NCBI GenBank assembly: GCA_024763475.1
Contig: JANTFM010000002.1
Span: forward strand, 1-42,091
Length of the DNA stretch: 42,091 nucleotides
Source of the DNA: Acidobacteriota bacterium
Lineage (GTDB): Bacteria; Acidobacteriota; Polarisedimenticolia; J045
Direction of reading: 5' to 3'
The notes below the pieces were generated by a model. The model saw only the letters and a program-made list of their open reading frames with translations, searched no databases and had not been told where the DNA came from. Both the position numbers and the translations under genes were made by a program. Of the stretch, positions 8,966 to 17,263 are shown piece after piece. How positions within the stretch are numbered: position 1 is the first letter of the stretch; each line of letters starts with the position of its first letter.

Positions 8966-11900
8966 TCACCCGCATGACACGCGCTCCGCTGCATTCTTAC
9001 GAAGATCCACATGTTTCTCCCCCACCCTTGTCCGCAGTTCCGCGAGCGCCTCGATCGTATCGTCTGTCGCGCGAAGGCCCCCGGCGTTGAGAACAGCCTG
9101 CCCCGGAAGCAGAAGCGATGGACGAACCCGATCATCCCCAAACACAAGAACGAGACGATCCGACTCGCTTTCCGAGCAGCGGACGAGACGATCGATGCAA
9201 CCATCATCCACCGTCATGGTCTCCGGCATGAGAATGACATGCCGGTGGTGCCAGGTTTCACTCTCCTCCAGGATCCTCGAGAGCAGCGGAAGCGGAGGCG
9301 AGCTTTGGACACCGAGTCGATTGTCCGGAATCGTATCGTCGAGCTTTGCAATCCGGACCCTGAGGTCAAGATTTGCCGCGGGGAAAGCGCGCAACGCTCC
9401 CAGGCAGCTCCTCAGCGCGTCTTCGTCCCGGCCTGTACGATAGACGATCACCAACGGATCAACCGCTTTCGAGGCCGGAAAGATCCCGTCCTGCTGCCAG
9501 CGCAGACGCCGCTCGGCCCGCCACCGGTAGAGCTCCTGGATGTGCTCGATCTCTCGCCGCTTGCGCTCCGGGTCCCGTCGCTCAGAGCTGGTCTCCGAGT
9601 AGTAGTAGAGCCCGAGGGTCTCGTCGATGTGAAGCATCGTCTCGGTCTCGCTGATACGCAGCCAGAACTCCCAGTCACCGGCGGATTCGATGCTCGCGTC
9701 GAGATAGCCATAGGTCTCGTGTACCGAGCGTCTCCACATCGGCTGTGGCCCCATGTGGCAACGATCGAGCAAGGTCCCCTCATGGTAGTCAAGGCCTTGC
9801 ACGTGTCCCGCACGGCGGAAATCGCCAAAGGTCTCGTTCTCGCCAACGGTCACGAAAATATCAGCGTAAACGAGTGCGACATCCGGCCGCGCATCGAGAA
9901 CGGCTGCAAGACGCTCGAGAAAGTCATGCCGATGCCGGTCGTCCGTGTTGGCCAGCGTGAGGTAGCGACCCCGGGACTGGCGGATCGCGCGACTGATCGC
10001 GGCGTGCGAGCTTTCCCGCTCTTTCGTCCGGATGTAGACGATATTCTCGTACTGATTCTGAAACGCCTCCACGATCGCGCCTTCGCCCTCGGGAGACCCA
10101 CTGTCCACGACAACGATTTCCAATTGATCTGCAAGCGACTGGCTCTCGAGATCCTCGAGCAAGCCACGCATGAAGCGCTCGGACTTGTAGCTGCTGACGA
10201 TCGCGGAAACGAGGTACTCCCGCTGTTGATGACCGTCAGGAATGCGAACCAGCTCCACCTCCGCGTCCTGAACCCCTTCCTCAAAGGGTCTCCACGGCGC
10301 CGGGCGAGAACCCGCACGAGGAATCCGCAACCAGCTCGAAGCAAGCGCCGCCCGGGCATCCTCCGCCCAGAAGCCGCCATGGTGTTTTCTCGGCAAGCGC
10401 TCGACTTTCTTCCGGATCGCTTCGAGGTCCGCGACGTTGCGCCCTTCTTCGTGCACCAGCCCTGCGAGCAGCCGATGCGCCTCGCCGAGCAAGATCGAAT
10501 CCCGGCAAAGCAGTTCCAATATCGAAGCAGCTCGTTGGAGCTCCGCGTCTCTGGAGCTCGCCGCAAGCTTACGAGCGAGTTCGAGGGCGTAGAACGGGAA
10601 CTCGGGGTCCTGTTCCACCGCGCGTTCAAGGGGCACGCGTTTGTTCGTCATGCGGCCTTGGTAAAAGTTCAGGGATGCGAGGATCAATCCTGTGAGCCGA
10701 CCGCTCTTCGTCTCCGTATTGCGCGGATCGGACGACGCGCGATTCCTGAGAGCGAGGACCTTGACGACCTCGTCGAAGTACGCACGGTAGTTGAAGGCCG
10801 TACTGAAAAAGTCCCACGGCAGGACGTCGTCCAGTGGATCAACCACCCAGCTCTCGGCCGGCCTGGCCAAGGTCTCCTCGAGCAGCGAGAGGGCTGCGCG
10901 TTGCTCCGCCACCTTACCGTAGTGTATGGCCGCCCGGATCGTATTGAAGCGGAGCACGAGATTGTCCGGGAAGGTCTTCAGCGCCAGATGACAGAGAGAG
11001 AAGATCTGCTTCAAGTAGTCCTGGTTGATCTCGACATGGCCCGCAGCGCGGACGACGGAAACGTATTCGAGCAGCATCTCCCGCGTGATATCGATGAAGT
11101 CCTTGGGAGCGCATCCCTCGCGCAGCGTCTCCTGGAAGCGCGAGAAGTTCTTCCGGCGCAGCTCCTTCATCTCCTCGTGCCCGCCGCCGCTTTGCATCCA
11201 GCCCTTCCAGATCACCGAACGCTTCTGCGAGAGGATCTCTGGCAACTCCTCTCTTCGCGGAGTCCTCGGGCGCGCGGCAAGAAAGGTGAGATAGCGGAAG
11301 TACTCTGCCGCCACGCGCCGCATCGCGAACTCGCGCCGGATCCGCTTCGCGCCGTGCCGTGCCTGCGCTTCCACCACGGGCCAGTTCTCGACGATCCTGC
11401 GCAGGCAGCCCGAAAGTGCACCACGATCCGGGGAATACGTGAAGACTCCCTCATCCTCTCCCGCGTAGAGCGTCAGCACGGAGCCTTCCTGCACCGCGAC
11501 CGCGGACCCCATGGCGAGGGCTTCCAGGCCCCGCGTCGGCATCGCTCCCGAGTGACGAATGTAGGTAAAGGCGGTCTTGGAAGAGCTGACCAATCGCAGG
11601 TAGTCGTCCTTCGAGGCGAAGCCGTCCAGGAAGTAGATCTTCAACGCGTCGTCTTCGAGCAACTCGTGCAACAACCGGGCCTTGTCCGGATGATAGGGGT
11701 GCGTGACGGACCCTGACTGGAAGAGGTCGATCTCTCTCTCTCCCTTCGGAACCGGCGGCAGACGATCCGGCAGGCCGAAAGTCTTCGGGAAGGTCGTCAC
11801 CGGCACGCCGGTCAGGCTTCGCGCCTCCTGCCATTCGGTGGGATCGGTGACGAGTAACTCGTCAAAGACCTGGAGCCAGGGGTAGACGGCCTGGACGTGC

Positions 11901-12454
11901 AGGTCGAAGTCCGCCGTGTGTGCCAGAAGTGGGCAGGCAAGGTCACGGATGTCGGTCGGGATGAGCTGCCACTCGACCATCTCGGCAATCACGAGGTCCG
12001 GAGGAGCGTCCCGTTCGTAGCACTCGTGAATGCTGGCATAGGGGCGGTAGGCTCGCCCGTGCCCGGAGAAGCTCATGTTCTCCACGTCGAACTGCCGGTC
12101 CGCCCGTTGAACGGCGAGCAGGTCGTGGGGGGCGATTCCACCGTCAGGCAGGAACGCCAGCACGCGAATTTTCTCGCGGGAAATCAGCTGGAGCAGTCGT
12201 GCCGCATGCTCTCCCTCAACCGCGGCCAAGGCCTTCCTCGCCCGTTGCTTCCGCCCACCGATCCACAACGCCACCCCTTCGTAGAAGCGTGCCTCGTTGC
12301 CCTCGAAACGGCTCAGTCCCGCGAGGGCCTCCTCGACACGTCCGACGAGCCCGAGCGCCGCGTAGCTCTGCCAGCACTCGCCGTTGCCCGCGAGAGCAAC
12401 GCCCGCATAGTTGCCCGCGTCGAAGAGCTCCCGTAGCTCGCGAGTCGATCGCAT
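8966..12454 (-). CDS. Multidomain glycosyltransferase (1162 aa): N-terminal GT-B/CgeB-like domain, central TPR-like helical repeats, GT2 (GT-A) domain, C-terminal degenerate GT-A-like domain
   Basis: GT2 signature: VSAIVSSYKSERFMRGLLEDLESQ ... IVVVDSGSPEG ... YLTLANTDDRH. GT-B C-terminal signature: SGAMPTRGLEALAMGSAVAV. The helical TPR-like stretch covers roughly aa 420-700. The start overlaps the stop of the upstream rSAM gene by 1 nt (cTGATG). Confidence 0.8.
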   Translation of the reverse strand: MRSTRELRELFDAGNYAGVALAGNGECWQSYAALGLVGRVEEALAGLSRFEGNEARFYEGVALWIGGRKQRARKALAAVEGEHAARLLQLISREKIRVLAFLPDGGIAPHDLLAVQRADRQFDVENMSFSGHGRAYRPYASIHECYERDAPPDLVIAEMVEWQLIPTDIRDLACPLLAHTADFDLHVQAVYPWLQVFDELLVTDPTEWQEARSLTGVPVTTFPKTFGLPDRLPPVPKGEREIDLFQSGSVTHPYHPDKARLLHELLEDDALKIYFLDGFASKDDYLRLVSSSKTAFTYIRHSGAMPTRGLEALAMGSAVAVQEGSVLTLYAGEDEGVFTYSPDRGALSGCLRRIVENWPVVEAQARHGAKRIRREFAMRRVAAEYFRYLTFLAARPRTPRREELPEILSQKRSVIWKGWMQSGGGHEEMKELRRKNFSRFQETLREGCAPKDFIDITREMLLEYVSVVRAAGHVEINQDYLKQIFSLCHLALKTFPDNLVLRFNTIRAAIHYGKVAEQRAALSLLEETLARPAESWVVDPLDDVLPWDFFSTAFNYRAYFDEVVKVLALRNRASSDPRNTETKSGRLTGLILASLNFYQGRMTNKRVPLERAVEQDPEFPFYALELARKLAASSRDAELQRAASILELLCRDSILLGEAHRLLAGLVHEEGRNVADLEAIRKKVERLPRKHHGGFWAEDARAALASSWLRIPRAGSRPAPWRPFEEGVQDAEVELVRIPDGHQQREYLVSAIVSSYKSERFMRGLLEDLESQSLADQLEIVVVDSGSPEGEGAIVEAFQNQYENIVYIRTKERESSHAAISRAIRQSRGRYLTLANTDDRHRHDFLERLAAVLDARPDVALVYADIFVTVGENETFGDFRRAGHVQGLDYHEGTLLDRCHMGPQPMWRRSVHETYGYLDASIESAGDWEFWLRISETETMLHIDETLGLYYYSETSSERRDPERKRREIEHIQELYRWRAERRLRWQQDGIFPASKAVDPLVIVYRTGRDEDALRSCLGALRAFPAANLDLRVRIAKLDDTIPDNRLGVQSSPPLPLLSRILEESETWHHRHVILMPETMTVDDGCIDRLVRCSESESDRLVLVFGDDRVRPSLLLPGQAVLNAGGLRATDDTIEALAELRTRVGEKHVDLRKNAAERVSCG

Positions 12455-13983
12455 CAGATCGTACCCGCCGGCACGAGGTGGTCCCTCTCGAGTCTCCGCG
12501 CGGTCATCGACTCGATGTGAGCCCGTGTCTCGCTCCCGAACTTCGATCCGACCATCTCAAGGTAGGGAGCTGCGCTGAAGTAGCGGGTGAACGCTTGGTC
12601 GCGGAAGCGAAGAACCTCTTCACCCCGAATATGCTTGGTGTCGAGTGGCAGGGCATCCCGGGAGAACTGTGAGTAGCCGCCCCAAGACGCAGGCAGTCGA
12701 GCCCCGCTCGTCAGGGCCTGCTGGTAGAGTGCCGATCCCGGGTACGCCATCGCACAGTAGAAGTTCGCCATCTCGCAGTTGAGTTCGATCGCGAGATCGA
12801 GGGTTTGCTGCATGCTTGCGAGATCGTCTTCGGGTAGTCCAAAGATGTAGTTGCCGATGACATGGATACCCGCCGCACGGATCTCTTCGATCAGCTTGAT
12901 CAGCCGCTCGGGCCGGAACCCCTTGTTGACGTCGTCCCGCACGCGCTCGCTGGCGGCCTCGATTCCCAGAGCAAGCCAGCGCACTCCCGCCTGCCGCAGC
13001 TTGGGCAGCATGCCTTCCTTGATGGAGTCGACGCGCGCGTAGGCCCAGATGTTCAGGTCGTAGCCCCGCTCGATGATGCCGTCGCAGATCCCGTCGACGT
13101 GCTTCCTGTGCATCACGAAGAGCTCGTCGGCAAACTTGATGTGCCTCACTCCGTAGTGCTCGACCAACTTGCGAATCTCACTCAGAACCAGCGCAGGAGA
13201 CCACTTGCGGTAGCTGTTGACCTTGGCTGGCATGCCGAGGGCCTGCTCGCCCGACTTGAAGGGGGCCTGGATGCAACAGAAGCTGCAGCGATGCGGGCAA
13301 CCAAGAGTCGTATAGATCGACGCGTAGGGGCTGCGCTCACCGATCGTCTCGAAGGCATGCCAGTTGTGAGCCCGGTACTGATCGACCGGAACCAGGTCCC
13401 AGGCGATACCAGGCATCTCCCCGTTGAGATCCTGCACGAGCGGTGCGGGCCTGGTGCGGGTGATTCCGGAGCCGTCCATGAAGCAGATGCCGCGCACGCG
13501 CCCGAGCTCGGGAGACGCGCTCTCCCGGTAGGCCTGGACCAGATCGGCCAGTGTGTAGCATCCCTCACCGGTGCAGACGAAGTCGACGTCTTCCTCGCGC
13601 AGGGTGCGTTCCGGAAGCGCCGCCACATGCCCACCGAGGAGCAGGAGCTTCTGCTCGGGAGTCTCGCTCTTGATCGCGCTGCAGATGGCCCCCGCAGACG
13701 GCATGACCTGGGTCGATGCGGAAGGGTTGTGACCGTAGACGACAACAGCGGTGATCAGCGGATTGAGGTCTTCAATCCTCTCAGCGACCTCGCCGGGTCC
13801 CCATCCCATCAGGTTCGCATCGAGCACCTCCACACTGTATCCACACCTGCGGATGAAGGTCGCTATCAGTCCGGGCCAGACCGGATTCTCGATCGCCGCG
13901 AGATCCTTGCCGAGACCCTGATAGGCGTGTTTGCGCCCTCCGGGATTGACCAACACGACGTCGACACGTGGACGGCGCGTCAT
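12454..13983 (-). CDS. B12-binding-domain radical SAM enzyme (class B rSAM; probable methyltransferase or related)
   Basis: I chose the ATG at 13983 (MTRRPRVDVVLVNPGG...), which lies 1 nt after the stop of the upstream gene. The N-terminal Rossmann-like B12-binding region is followed by LGCPHRCSFCC (CxxxCxxC). The longer ORF-track start at 14235 overlaps the aminotransferase-like gene and is Arg/Ser-rich. Confidence 0.85.
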   Translation of the reverse strand: MTRRPRVDVVLVNPGGRKHAYQGLGKDLAAIENPVWPGLIATFIRRCGYSVEVLDANLMGWGPGEVAERIEDLNPLITAVVVYGHNPSASTQVMPSAGAICSAIKSETPEQKLLLLGGHVAALPERTLREEDVDFVCTGEGCYTLADLVQAYRESASPELGRVRGICFMDGSGITRTRPAPLVQDLNGEMPGIAWDLVPVDQYRAHNWHAFETIGERSPYASIYTTLGCPHRCSFCCIQAPFKSGEQALGMPAKVNSYRKWSPALVLSEIRKLVEHYGVRHIKFADELFVMHRKHVDGICDGIIERGYDLNIWAYARVDSIKEGMLPKLRQAGVRWLALGIEAASERVRDDVNKGFRPERLIKLIEEIRAAGIHVIGNYIFGLPEDDLASMQQTLDLAIELNCEMANFYCAMAYPGSALYQQALTSGARLPASWGGYSQFSRDALPLDTKHIRGEEVLRFRDQAFTRYFSAAPYLEMVGSKFGSETRAHIESMTARRLERDHLVPAGTI

Positions 13984-13984
13984 C

Positions 13985-15166
13985 TCAACGCACCGCCAGG
14001 ACGACGTCGCAGATCGACTGGATGTCCTCGGGTGAGATCGATGGGTTGTTCGGCAGGTGAAAGCTCGTCGTGTGGATCCGATCCGCCATCGGCACGACGG
14101 CCGGCTCGTAGCGCTTGGTCCAGAACGGCTGCCGCGACATGTTCCCGCCACCAAGCGGCCGGGTCTCGACGCCGAACTCCTCGAGGGCTTGCGCCACCCG
14201 GGCCCGATGCTCTTCGGAGCTGGCCAGCGCAGCAAAGGAAATGCTACAGATCTCGGCCCTGTGGTTGCTCTGGCAGTGGAAGTGCTCGGCCGCCTCGAAG
14301 TTCTGCTGGTAGATGCGGTGGTTCTCCTTGCGCCGTGCGATGACCTCCTCGACCTTCTTCAGCTGTCCCAGGCCCAGCTTTGCTCCGAGATCCGTTGGCC
14401 GTACGTTGAAACCCGGGTGGTAGAACGCGAAGCGGCGATTGAAGTCGAGGACGCCGAATTCCTCCACCAGGTGCTGTTCCTTCTCCGGCGACAGGTCCTT
14501 GGCCCAGCCATGGGAACGAATCTGCAGCAGGATGTCCTGTAGCTCTTCATCCGAGCTGCACACCATCCCCCCCTCGATCGTTGAGAGGTGGTGGCCGAAG
14601 TAGAAGGAGAACGTTGACAGGTCGCCGAAGGTGCCGACGAGCTTCCCGTCATAGCGTGAACCCGTCGCAGCGCAGGCGTCCTCCATCAGCGCGAAACCGT
14701 AGCGCCCCTTGAGCGCGAGAAGTTCCTCCATCTTGTGCGGGACCCCGAGGACATGGACGACGATGACGGCTCCGGGATCGTGCTCCTGGCAGAGCCTTTC
14801 GAGATGGTCCAGGTCGAGGCCGAAGGTATCCGGGTCACCGTCACACATGATGGGCTCGAAACCGAGCTGGATCGCGGGGGCAACCGTCGTCGCCCAGGAG
14901 ATCGCGGGAACGATCACCTTACGATTCTTCAGGCGGCCGGAGACGAGCAGCGCGTAGTACATCATCAGGTTGGCGGAAGACCCCGAGTTCACATAGAGCG
15001 CGTACTCTGTTCCCAACCACCGGGACCATTCGGTCTCGAAGCTCTTCGTGAGAGGCCCCTGGGTCAGCCAGGGATCCGTCTCCAACCAGGAGATCAGTTC
15101 GGCGATGTCCTTCCTGTCGATGGTCTCCTGGGCCAGCAGAAAGCGCTTCTTCTCGCTCGTCGTCAT
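13985..15166 (-). CDS. DegT/DnrJ/EryC1/StrS-family PLP/PMP enzyme with Lys-to-His substitution (ColD/E1-like nucleotide-sugar 3-dehydratase candidate)
   Basis: Family-typical N-terminus and the motif STFSFYFGHHLSTIEGGM. In the canonical SFHxxKxxTxGEGG motif the Schiff-base Lys aligns with the first His here. GGGAG RBS 6 nt upstream of the ATG at 15166. Confidence 0.8.
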   Translation of the reverse strand: MTTSEKKRFLLAQETIDRKDIAELISWLETDPWLTQGPLTKSFETEWSRWLGTEYALYVNSGSSANLMMYYALLVSGRLKNRKVIVPAISWATTVAPAIQLGFEPIMCDGDPDTFGLDLDHLERLCQEHDPGAVIVVHVLGVPHKMEELLALKGRYGFALMEDACAATGSRYDGKLVGTFGDLSTFSFYFGHHLSTIEGGMVCSSDEELQDILLQIRSHGWAKDLSPEKEQHLVEEFGVLDFNRRFAFYHPGFNVRPTDLGAKLGLGQLKKVEEVIARRKENHRIYQQNFEAAEHFHCQSNHRAEICSISFAALASSEEHRARVAQALEEFGVETRPLGGGNMSRQPFWTKRYEPAVVPMADRIHTTSFHLPNNPSISPEDIQSICDVVLAVR

Positions 15167-15188
15167 TCGTGGCTCCCTGTTCTCTTGT

Positions 15189-16286
15189 TCATGGTGCGAC
15201 CGTCTCCTCGAGGGTCGGCAGGTCCGGGATCTCGATGGCTTGACCCTGGCGGACCAGGCGGCGCGCGGCCTCGATGATTTCCTCTTTGCCGGCGTAGAAG
15301 GCGTTCTCGAGCGTGTAGCCCGCGGGTGTCGGCATATCAGGAGCGGTCACTCTCTCGATCGGCGCCCTGAGGGACGCGAATCCCTTCTCGGCCACCAACG
15401 CACTGATCTCCGCCGTGATGCCGCCGGTCTTCCAACCGTGATCCGCAACGATCAGCCGTCCGGTGCGGGCCACCGACTCCAGGATGATCTCTTCATCGAG
15501 TGGCCTGAGCGATCGAAGATCAACGAGTTCCGCGTCGATTCCTTCCTCCGCAAGGCACGCGGCAGCGGCGTAGGCCTCGTGCACCATCTGTGAGATCGTC
15601 ACGATCGACAGGTCTTTTCCGCTGCGGCGTACGACGCCTTTTCCGATCGGGATCGTGTACTGCTTCTCCGGCACAGGGCCGATCAGCTTGAAGTTGAATC
15701 GATGCTCGAGAATCAGGACAGGGTTCTTGTCCTTGATCGCCGCGAGCATCAGACCCTTCGCGTCATAGCCGGTGCTCGGCATGATCAGCTTGAGGCCTGG
15801 GAAGTGCATGAAGGTTCCCTGCAGCGCCTGGGAATGCTGTGCAGCTGATCCCCAGCCCCTCCCAATGCAGGACCAGATCACCAGTGGCACCTTCACCGCT
15901 CCGGCGGTCATGAAGGACCACTTCGCCGCGTGGTTGGCCAGTTGATCCAAGGCGAGCAGAAGGAAGTCGGGCCGGTTGTGCAGGTAGATCGGCCGCATGC
16001 CCGCGATCGCGGAACCCACGGCGATACCCATCAGGCCGTTCTCGGCCAGGGGCGTATCGAAGACTCTCTCCTTGCCGTGGGTCTCGAGCAGGCCCCTGCA
16101 TGTGCCAAACATCCCACCGGGATCGTTGACTCCCTGACCCATCAGGTAGACCGCCGTGTCGATGCCGAGGGCCTGGTCGAAAGACTCCCGTATCGCCTCA
16201 GCGTGGGTGATCCTCCGGGCGGCAGGATCTTCGCGCTCAAGAAAGTCGGGCTCGTGCGTTTCCGGCGTCACTTTGGACCAGGGCAT
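15189..16286 (-). CDS. TPP-dependent 2-oxoacid dehydrogenase E1 beta-like (transketolase-like) subunit
   Basis: Pyrimidine-binding and C-terminal transketolase-like domains (ERVFDTPLAENGLMGIAVGSAIAGMRPI). ATG at 16286 with a GAGGA RBS, 2 nt after the alpha-subunit stop. The ORF-track start at 16301 is a TTG. Confidence 0.88.
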   Translation of the reverse strand: MPWSKVTPETHEPDFLEREDPAARRITHAEAIRESFDQALGIDTAVYLMGQGVNDPGGMFGTCRGLLETHGKERVFDTPLAENGLMGIAVGSAIAGMRPIYLHNRPDFLLLALDQLANHAAKWSFMTAGAVKVPLVIWSCIGRGWGSAAQHSQALQGTFMHFPGLKLIMPSTGYDAKGLMLAAIKDKNPVLILEHRFNFKLIGPVPEKQYTIPIGKGVVRRSGKDLSIVTISQMVHEAYAAAACLAEEGIDAELVDLRSLRPLDEEIILESVARTGRLIVADHGWKTGGITAEISALVAEKGFASLRAPIERVTAPDMPTPAGYTLENAFYAGKEEIIEAARRLVRQGQAIEIPDLPTLEETVAP

Positions 16287-16288
16287 GG

Positions 16289-17263
16289 TCAATCCTCGCA
16301 ATACACGTAGCGCGTGAGGTCTTCATCCAACGGCAAGGGGCTCTTCACGGCAGCACGGAACGCCTCGTCGATCTCGGCCTCTATCGCCGCTTCCATCGCC
16401 TCCAGACCCTTCTGGTCCAGCAGTCCGCGGGCGAGCAGATCGGCTCGCAGGCCATGGACGGGATCATGGGTCTCCCAGCGCTCGATCTCCGCGGGATCCC
16501 GGTACTTTCCCGTGCGATCCACACCGGATCCGGCATGTTCGCGAACCCGATAGGTCTTGCACTCGATCAGGCTCGGACCGCCTCCGCTGCGCGCCAGCGC
16601 GATCGCGGTCGCAGCCGCGGCGTTCACGGCGTCGAGCGAGTTACCGTCCACCGTCTGGGTCCACATCTTGTTCGGCAGCACCTGGTGGAAGATCAGCTCC
16701 TGGGCCTGGCGCTCACGGGTCGTGGTACACACGGAGTAGCCGTTGTTCTCGTAGATGTAGACAACGGGAAGGCGCTTGAGCATGGCGAAGTTCACGCTCT
16801 CGTAGAGCACGCCCTCGTCGGCGGCTCCGTCGCCGAAGAAAACGACGCTGACCCGCGCCAAACCCCGCATCTTGTACGCCATGGCCATGCCCGTGCCGAT
16901 CGGCACGCCGCCGCCGACAATCGACGAGGATCCCATGTGGCCGACGGCGGTATCGACGAGATGCATCGATCCCCCGCGCCCCTTCGTGCAGCCGCTTTCC
17001 TTGCAGTGCAGCTCGGCGATCAGCTCGTTCAGGCCCCCACCCTTGGCGAGGTAGTGGCCGTGGCTGCGATGGTTGCTCGATACGCTGTCATCGTTTGTCA
17101 GATGTGCGCACACACCGACAGAGATCGCTTCCTGGCCGATGCAGAGATGGACCGGCGTCTTCATCCGGTCTTCGTGGTAGAGCGACTCGATGCGCAATTC
17201 GACGTTGCGAAGGCGGAGCATTCGCCGAAAAAGCTCGATGCGCCGCGCGGAGCTGAGTGTCAT
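16289..17263 (-). CDS. TPP-dependent 2-oxoacid dehydrogenase E1 alpha-like subunit
   Basis: TPP-binding motif GDG-x26-NN (GDGAADEGVLYESVNFAMLKRLPVVYIYENN) on an E1-alpha-like N-terminus. The start overlaps the upstream stop (ATGA). Confidence 0.88.
   Translation of the reverse strand: MTLSSARRIELFRRMLRLRNVELRIESLYHEDRMKTPVHLCIGQEAISVGVCAHLTNDDSVSSNHRSHGHYLAKGGGLNELIAELHCKESGCTKGRGGSMHLVDTAVGHMGSSSIVGGGVPIGTGMAMAYKMRGLARVSVVFFGDGAADEGVLYESVNFAMLKRLPVVYIYENNGYSVCTTTRERQAQELIFHQVLPNKMWTQTVDGNSLDAVNAAAATAIALARSGGGPSLIECKTYRVREHAGSGVDRTGKYRDPAEIERWETHDPVHGLRADLLARGLLDQKGLEAMEAAIEAEIDEAFRAAVKSPLPLDEDLTRYVYCED

Noticed and set aside
9011-11716. A 901-aa plus-strand ORF antisense to the giant glycosyltransferase
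   Set aside because: This is a mirror-frame ORF typical of GC-rich DNA. It is Arg/Pro/His/Leu-rich with no recognisable motif, whereas the minus-strand frame carries clear GT2 and GT-B signatures and operon-consistent start/stop coupling.
13984-14235. An 84-aa N-terminal extension of the B12-rSAM ORF in the ORF track
   Set aside because: It overlaps the 3' end of the DegT-family gene and is Arg/Ser-rich and non-homologous. The internal ATG at 13983 gives a typical B12-rSAM N-terminus and sits 1 nt after the upstream stop.
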